A stretch of DNA of 64,000 bases from Bdellovibrionota bacterium (GTDB lineage Bacteria > Bdellovibrionota_C > UBA2361 > CALJRW01), in NCBI GenBank assembly GCA_041740355.1, contig JBGSMD010000030.1:120994-184993 (forward strand). The letters run 5' to 3'. Below are positions 58,166 through 64,000 of the stretch, piece after piece (within the stretch, counting starts at the first letter, position 1; each line of letters opens with the position of its first letter). The position numbers were made by a program, and so were the translations under genes. Under the pieces are notes generated by a model. It was not told where the DNA came from, ran no database searches, and saw nothing but the letters and a program-made list of their open reading frames with translations.

Positions 58166-59296
58166 TTGAAACACCAGATCTCTAACAAAAACTTTCGAAT
58201 TTTATATGTTACTTTAGCAGTAATCCTTCTACTAGGTGGGATTAAATTTTTTCAAATTTATTCAATAATCCAAGCTAGTAAAGGAAGAGGCGCGCCACCT
58301 GCTACTGTTAACACCTTTATTGTCAAACAAGAAAACTGGCCAGAAACATTTTCTGGAATTGGATCACTTCGCGCGGTGCAAGGATCGATGCTTAGTACTC
58401 AAGATAGCGGACGGGTAGCAAGTGTTAATTTTGAATCTGGGCAAGTTGTGGAGCAAGGCCAAGTTTTAGTTGAGCTTGATAGTGAAGTTGAAAAGGCTCA
58501 ATTACAAGCAGCGCAGGCCCAATTTAAATTATCTGAGCTAACCGCTAAGCGTCAAAGAGAACTCCGTGCACAAAATGCTAATTCCCAAGCAGATTTAGAT
58601 TTGGCTAATGCCGATTTATCTTTGGCTAATGCTGAGATTGCTAGATTGCAAGCAATGATACAAAGAAGACAGATTGTTGCACCTTTTGCTGGGCGAGCAG
58701 GTGTTAGAAAATTAAACATTGGAGAGTTTGTAACTTCTGGAACCAACGTTGTGGATGTTAACTCATCTGATAAATTTTTATTAGATTTCTATTTACCTCA
58801 AAAACATATCGGAGAATATAAAGTTGGTGATATTGTCGAAGTGTCAGTTCGTAACATTCCGGATCAAACTTTTGTTGGTAATTTATCGAGTATTAATTCT
58901 CAAATTGATCCAACAAATCGCAACGTCTTAATGCAAGCGACAGTTAGTAATTTAAATGATGTACTTAGACCTGGGATGTTCGTTGATTTACAACTAATAA
59001 AATCAGTTAAGAATGAAGTTTTAGTCGTACCACTTCCTAGTGTACATTATGCCCCTTATGGTAATACCATTTATATCATCAAGAAAGAGACTCCAGAGCC
59101 ACCTTTTCAGATGGAAGCAATGGCTGTCACTTTAGGACGAAAAAGAGGTGATTTTGTAGAAGTACTTTCCGGACTTAAACTTGGACAGGAGATTATCGCC
59201 TCTGGGACTTTTAAATTATTTCCAGGTGTAAAAATTTTTATCAATAATGAAATTCAACCGCCACTTTCAGAAACACCTCAAGTAGAAAATAATTAA
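58166..59296 (+). CDS. RND efflux periplasmic adaptor (membrane fusion protein)
   Basis: N-terminal TM, FESGQVVEQGQVLVELD, IVAPFAG, LRPGMFV, EVLSGL. Confidence 0.92.
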   Translation: MKHQISNKNFRILYVTLAVILLLGGIKFFQIYSIIQASKGRGAPPATVNTFIVKQENWPETFSGIGSLRAVQGSMLSTQDSGRVASVNFESGQVVEQGQVLVELDSEVEKAQLQAAQAQFKLSELTAKRQRELRAQNANSQADLDLANADLSLANAEIARLQAMIQRRQIVAPFAGRAGVRKLNIGEFVTSGTNVVDVNSSDKFLLDFYLPQKHIGEYKVGDIVEVSVRNIPDQTFVGNLSSINSQIDPTNRNVLMQATVSNLNDVLRPGMFVDLQLIKSVKNEVLVVPLPSVHYAPYGNTIYIIKKETPEPPFQMEAMAVTLGRKRGDFVEVLSGLKLGQEIIASGTFKLFPGVKIFINNEIQPPLSETPQVENN

Positions 59297-59299
59297 AAC

Positions 59300-62200
59300 A
59301 TGAAAATTAGTGATTTATTTATTCGCAGGCCAGTACTAGCAATCTGTATCAATCTGATGATTTTGGTTGCTGGATATCAGGCAATTATTAATCTGAAGAC
59401 TAGGCAATATCCTCGGAGTGATTTAGCTGTGGTTACTGTTACAACAGCTTACATTGGTGCCGATGCTGATTTAGTTCGTGGCTTTATTACTACACCCCTC
59501 GAGAAAGCTATCGCTAGTGCTGATGGAATTGATTATTTAAAATCTTCCAGTGCTCAAGGGATAAGTACGATTAGTGCGCACCTAGTTTTAAACTATGATG
59601 TAAATGATGCCTTAACACAGATTCAATCTAAGGTGAATCAAGTTCGTAATGATTTACCTGTAGAGTCTGAAGTTCCAATCATAAATGTTGAAACTACAGA
59701 TAGTCGCTTTGCTTCCATGTATCTTAGTTTCTCTTCTGATCAACTCAAATCCAATCAGATTACTGATTACTTATTACGTGTAGTTCAGCCAAAACTTTCA
59801 TCGATCGCCGGGGTGCAAAAAGCTGATATCCTCGGAGCAAGAACCTTTGCAGTTCGTATTTGGTTACAGCCTGAGCAAATGGCGGCCTTAAATGTTTCTC
59901 CATCTGATGTTCAAAAAGCTTTGCTCGCTAATAACTATTTAGCAGCTCTGGGACAAACAAAAGGGTCTCTTGTTACAGTTAATCTTAATACAAATTCGGA
60001 TTTAAAAAGTATTGATGAGTTTAAAAGACTAGTGATCAAGAATGATCAGAATGCTGTTGTTCGTTTAGATGATATTTCTGAAGTAGAAATGGGAGCTGAG
60101 AATTACAACGAAGATGTGCGCTTCGGAGGCAAGACAGCAACATTTATGGGGATTTGGGTTTTACCTACAGCCAATTCTTTAGATGTAATTAGCGATGTAA
60201 GAAAAACATTTCCTGAAATCAAGGCAACTCTACCAGCCTCTTTGAATCTCAGCGTACCTTATGATGCAACGGAATATATCGAAAACTCAATTGATGACGT
60301 TATTAAAACTCTTGCGGAAACAATTTTAATCGTAATTTTTATAATCTTTATTTTTATTGGTTCTTTTCGAGCAGTACTAGTGCCTGTCATTGCTATTCCA
60401 CTTTCCCTACTTGGGGCAGTTGTGATCATGTATATATTAGGATTTTCGATTAATCTACTGACTCTCTTAGCGATTGTCTTGGCAGTGGGGCTGGTGGTCG
60501 ATGATGCAATTGTGATGCTAGAGAATGTGGAGCGACATGTTCAAGAGGGGAAGAAACCTTTTGATGCCGCAATAATTGCAGCAAGGGAATTGCTCACTCC
60601 AATTATTGCCATGACAATTACTCTGGCTGCTGTTTATGCTCCTATTGGAATTCAAGGGGGATTAACTGGAACACTCTTTAGAGAATTTGCCTTTACCTTG
60701 GCTGGGGCTGTTTTAGTTTCGGGATTTGTAGCGATTACCTTATCGCCGATGATGTCATCTCGTTTAGTTAAAGCCAATCATGCCCCAAATAAATTTCAAA
60801 TTAATGTTAATTTATATTTTGAAAAAATTAAGCATGCCTACTTGAGAATATTAGATGGACTTTTAGGTAATCAAATTGTCGTTTTAATTGCAGCAGTTTT
60901 AATTATGTTGTGTATTGCTCCTTTTTATATGTTCTCAGCTAAGGAGTTAGCACCAAGGGAAGATCAGGGAATTGTTTTTGGTATTGTTCAAGCAGACCCT
61001 AATGCTTCATTAGATCAAACTTCTTTTTACACTTCCAAGATTGGTGAGGAATACGCAGCAATACCAGAAACTAAAACTTCTTTTCAATTAACAGGTGCGA
61101 ATTTTGGTTTTTCTGGAATGGTTCTTAAACCTTGGTCGCAAAGAGAACGTTCGCCCCAAGAAATTGTTCCCGAAATTTCAGGGGTTGTCGGAAAGTATCC
61201 AGCAATCAGAGCAATCATGACAACACCACCTCCATTACCTGGTGGGAGTGACTTTCCTGTTGAATTTGTAATTTCTTCCACCGATTCTCCAGAGAGACTT
61301 TATGAGTACGGGGTACAATTAGTTCAAGCAGCATTTGCCAGTGGACATTTTATGTTTGCTGATACCGATTTAAAGTTTGATTTGCCTGAAGCGAGAGTAG
61401 TGTTGGATCGTGACCAGATTTCTACGATGGGCCTAACACTTCAATCAGTTACCCAAGAACTTGGACTGCTGACAGGGGGTAATTATCTAAATCGGTTTAA
61501 TTTGGAAGGTCGAAGTTACAAAGTAATTCCGCAATTAGAAAGGAAAGCTAGGCTAAATCCAGATCAACTTGGGTCTGTTTATATTACTGGACCTGATAAA
61601 AAATTAATTTCTCTATCAACCGTCGCTACTATTGAAGATCGTGTACAAGCTAGGGAACTTAAAAAGTTTCAACAGTTAAATTCAATCACGATTCAAGGAG
61701 CTAATCATCCGGGTGCTACAGTAGATCAGGCTTTAGGTGCAATTGAAGCGAAAGCTAAAGAGATTTTACCAGCAAATTACCAAATGGATTATATGGGCGA
61801 GTCTCGGCAGTTACGTTCTGAGGGTAATACTTTCCTAACAACAATGATTTTCTCATTAATTTTTATTTATTTAGTTTTAGCTGCGCAGTTTGAGAGTTTT
61901 CGTGATCCATTTATTATTTTATTAGGGTCTGTTCCCTTAGCTATTGCCGGTTCATTAGTATTTTCATTTCTAGGGTTCACATCAATTAATATTTACTCTC
62001 AAGTTGGGTTAGTAACGCTTGTCGGATTAGTGTCGAAAAATGGTATTCTGATTGTAGAGTTTGCTAATACCTTAAGAGAACGAGGCTTAGATAAAATTTC
62101 GGCAATCCGGCAATCTGTCGAAACTCGTTTTCGTCCAATCATGATGACATCCATTGCTACAGTTGTTGGTCATACTCCTTTAATTTTTGCTACAGGAGCA

Positions 62201-62341
62201 GGTGCTGCTTCTCGTAATAGCATTGGAATAATGCTTGTTAGTGGTATGATTATTGGAACTTTCTTCACATTATTCGTAGTGCCAATTATTTATTTAAAAC
62301 TTACTGGCGAACGTCATCAGGAGATAGAAAGTGATCTTTAA
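59300..62341 (+). CDS. RND efflux permease (AcrB family, MexW/MexI-like)
   Basis: SDLFIRRPVLA, RQYP, GLVVDDAIVMLEN, SKNGILIVEFAN, RFRPIMMT. Confidence 0.95.
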   Translation: MKISDLFIRRPVLAICINLMILVAGYQAIINLKTRQYPRSDLAVVTVTTAYIGADADLVRGFITTPLEKAIASADGIDYLKSSSAQGISTISAHLVLNYDVNDALTQIQSKVNQVRNDLPVESEVPIINVETTDSRFASMYLSFSSDQLKSNQITDYLLRVVQPKLSSIAGVQKADILGARTFAVRIWLQPEQMAALNVSPSDVQKALLANNYLAALGQTKGSLVTVNLNTNSDLKSIDEFKRLVIKNDQNAVVRLDDISEVEMGAENYNEDVRFGGKTATFMGIWVLPTANSLDVISDVRKTFPEIKATLPASLNLSVPYDATEYIENSIDDVIKTLAETILIVIFIIFIFIGSFRAVLVPVIAIPLSLLGAVVIMYILGFSINLLTLLAIVLAVGLVVDDAIVMLENVERHVQEGKKPFDAAIIAARELLTPIIAMTITLAAVYAPIGIQGGLTGTLFREFAFTLAGAVLVSGFVAITLSPMMSSRLVKANHAPNKFQINVNLYFEKIKHAYLRILDGLLGNQIVVLIAAVLIMLCIAPFYMFSAKELAPREDQGIVFGIVQADPNASLDQTSFYTSKIGEEYAAIPETKTSFQLTGANFGFSGMVLKPWSQRERSPQEIVPEISGVVGKYPAIRAIMTTPPPLPGGSDFPVEFVISSTDSPERLYEYGVQLVQAAFASGHFMFADTDLKFDLPEARVVLDRDQISTMGLTLQSVTQELGLLTGGNYLNRFNLEGRSYKVIPQLERKARLNPDQLGSVYITGPDKKLISLSTVATIEDRVQARELKKFQQLNSITIQGANHPGATVDQALGAIEAKAKEILPANYQMDYMGESRQLRSEGNTFLTTMIFSLIFIYLVLAAQFESFRDPFIILLGSVPLAIAGSLVFSFLGFTSINIYSQVGLVTLVGLVSKNGILIVEFANTLRERGLDKISAIRQSVETRFRPIMMTSIATVVGHTPLIFATGAGAASRNSIGIMLVSGMIIGTFFTLFVVPIIYLKLTGERHQEIESDL

Positions 62342-63764
62342 TAAAAGTTTAGTGAGGAATTGCTTAATATTTTTAATAACTTTAGCTTGGAGCGCTTGTG
62401 CAATAGGTCCAAACTACCAGCGTCCCGATTCTAAGATAGCTGCCAGCATTAAGGAAACTAAGCTTAAAAATTTAAGCACTCAAAAGCTTAATGTTCGATG
62501 GTGGGAATCTTTTAATGACCCGGTGCTTAATCAATTAATTATCAAAAGCATCAAATCAAATAAAACAGTTAAGCAAGCGTTATCTAGAGTAAATCAATCA
62601 AGAGCGATGGCTCGAGTTGCTTATGCGGAATTATTACCAGGGTTTCAACTAGGTGGTAGTTATAATGAGAGTCAGATTTCAGGTGTTCAGTTCGGTGGGG
62701 CTCCAACAGGTTTTGAGTTATACAGAGCTGGCGTTGATGCTTCTTGGGAGATAGATATTTTTGGACGTCTTAGACGTAACCTAGAAGCAAGTAATGCCGA
62801 TTATGAGGAGAAAATTGCCAGTCTTGATGATTCTATTTTAATATTACTAAGTGACTTAGCCAATAATTATTTCCAATTAAGATCAACCCAACAGCAACTT
62901 TTAATTGCTAAAAACAACTTGAAATTGCAGCAAGAAACCCTTCGTATCGTGCAAGCAAAACTAGATGCTGGGTCGATCGGAGAATTAGACTTAGCCAGAG
63001 CACAATCGCAGCTAGCTCAAACTAATTCATTAGTTGCGCCATTAAAGGCAATGTTAAAAAGTCACATTTATCGAATTTCTGTTTTATGTGGAAAATCACC
63101 AACTCGCTTCGTTAAATTACTTAAAGGTGCCAAGAAAGTTCCTACTTATCAAGGACCAATTGAAATCGGAAATGTTGAAGATATTCTACAACGAAGACCT
63201 GATATTCGCGTAGCAGAAAGATCACTTGCTGAGTATACTGCTTTAATTGGAGTTCAAAAGGGAGAGTTTTTCCCCAAACTTCAACTAACTGGATCTTTTG
63301 GTTATGAAAATACTGAAGGCGAGGGGTTATTTCATTCTAATCGAGAAGTCTATAGTTATGGACCATCAATAACTTGGACACCATTTGATTTTGGATCGAT
63401 TCGCGCCAAAGTTAAAGCTGCTGATCAACGTGCAGAAGAGGCATTATTCAATTATGAAGAAACGGTTCTTAAAGCCTTAGAAGAACTAAAAAATTCTTTT
63501 AATAATTACAGAGCACAATCTGCTAGGACTTATTACTTAAAAACAGCTTTTGAATCTTCTAAGCGGGCCTATCAATTAGCTCAGGCACAATACCAAGTTG
63601 GTACAATAGATTTACTTTCTGTATTGGAAGCGCAAAAGGAAATGCTACTTACTGAGAATGAATTTGCCGTTAATAAACAGAATCAAGCAACCGCAGTTGT
63701 TAATATTTATAAGGCTCTTGGTGGTGGTTGGGAAGCATGGCAGATGACTGATAAAAATAGTTAG
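62331..63764 (+). CDS. Outer-membrane factor lipoprotein (NodT/OprM family)
   Basis: SA|CAIGPNYQRP, WWESFND, ASWEIDIFG, RRPDIRVAE, YKALGGGW; GTG start overlapping the permease stop. Confidence 0.93.
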   Translation: MIFNKSLVRNCLIFLITLAWSACAIGPNYQRPDSKIAASIKETKLKNLSTQKLNVRWWESFNDPVLNQLIIKSIKSNKTVKQALSRVNQSRAMARVAYAELLPGFQLGGSYNESQISGVQFGGAPTGFELYRAGVDASWEIDIFGRLRRNLEASNADYEEKIASLDDSILILLSDLANNYFQLRSTQQQLLIAKNNLKLQQETLRIVQAKLDAGSIGELDLARAQSQLAQTNSLVAPLKAMLKSHIYRISVLCGKSPTRFVKLLKGAKKVPTYQGPIEIGNVEDILQRRPDIRVAERSLAEYTALIGVQKGEFFPKLQLTGSFGYENTEGEGLFHSNREVYSYGPSITWTPFDFGSIRAKVKAADQRAEEALFNYEETVLKALEELKNSFNNYRAQSARTYYLKTAFESSKRAYQLAQAQYQVGTIDLLSVLEAQKEMLLTENEFAVNKQNQATAVVNIYKALGGGWEAWQMTDKNS

Positions 63765-63798
63765 AAAAGTAATTGTAATTCGGTTATACTTTCGCGCT

Positions 63799-64000
63799 AT
63801 GAAAAAAAATATATTATCCATTATCTCTCTTTCTTTGCTCCTTACAGCTCTTGGCAATAACTTGTTTGCTGAGTGTCGAATTGGATTTTTAATTCCAACA
63901 ACAGGTGAATATGCCAGCAGTGGAGAGGAATGTTCATTTGGTAAAGCTGTTGCTATGCAGCGGCATGAATCTTTGAAAATGCCGATTAAATTTTTTACTG
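63799..64000 (+). CDS. Partial ABC-type (LivJ-like) substrate-binding protein; runs off the window
   Basis: Hand translation MKKNILSIISLSLLLTALGNNLFA|ECRIGFLIPTTGEYASSG matches the IG...P.TG..A..G start of periplasmic binding proteins. Confidence 0.65.
   Translation, partial: MKKNILSIISLSLLLTALGNNLFAECRIGFLIPTTGEYASSGEECSFGKAVAMQRHESLKMPIKFFT

Noticed and set aside
1654-63857. Numerous 60-190 aa ORFs in the track overlapping longer genes (e.g. 1654, 3258, 14104, 23759, 35164, 39435, 44274, 61084, 63645)
   Set aside because: They lie antisense or out of frame within well-supported CDSs and carry no motifs; shadow ORFs. The Gly/Val-rich 39435 ORF is just the antisense of a Pro/Thr linker.

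Overview
AT-rich bacterial chromosomal window, by eye roughly one-third G+C. Gene content and style (IHF-beta, SWIM-SNF2 helicase, orphan type IV pilins, Hanks kinase) suggest a deltaproteobacteria-like or Bdellovibrionota-like lineage; this is an inference. Most of the window is housekeeping: CPA2 antiporter, selO, alr, argA-like, ihfB, asd, truA, sppA, hemJ, ilvBN-ilvD, glutathione peroxidase, ABC-F, hemC, dus, two photolyases and an RND pump. It also holds an AbiE toxin-antitoxin pair and several large secreted proteins. No rRNA, tRNA, CRISPR array, integrase or transposase gene was seen. Five things stand out. (1) Three secreted proteins with two unrelated types of passenger region share a Cys-bounded, basic, helical C-terminal domain, a candidate lineage-specific sorting or anchoring signal. 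(2) A modular family of TATA-ended palindromic repeats with nested REP-like hairpins fills at least six intergenic gaps. (3) A 214-bp MITE has perfect 18-bp terminal inverted repeats and a TATAA target duplication. (4) A SAM-clan riboswitch, apparently with both pseudoknot types, precedes a very divergent MetX-like hydrolase. (5) Several genes look leaderless. All family assignments are by-eye motif recognition, not database searches.
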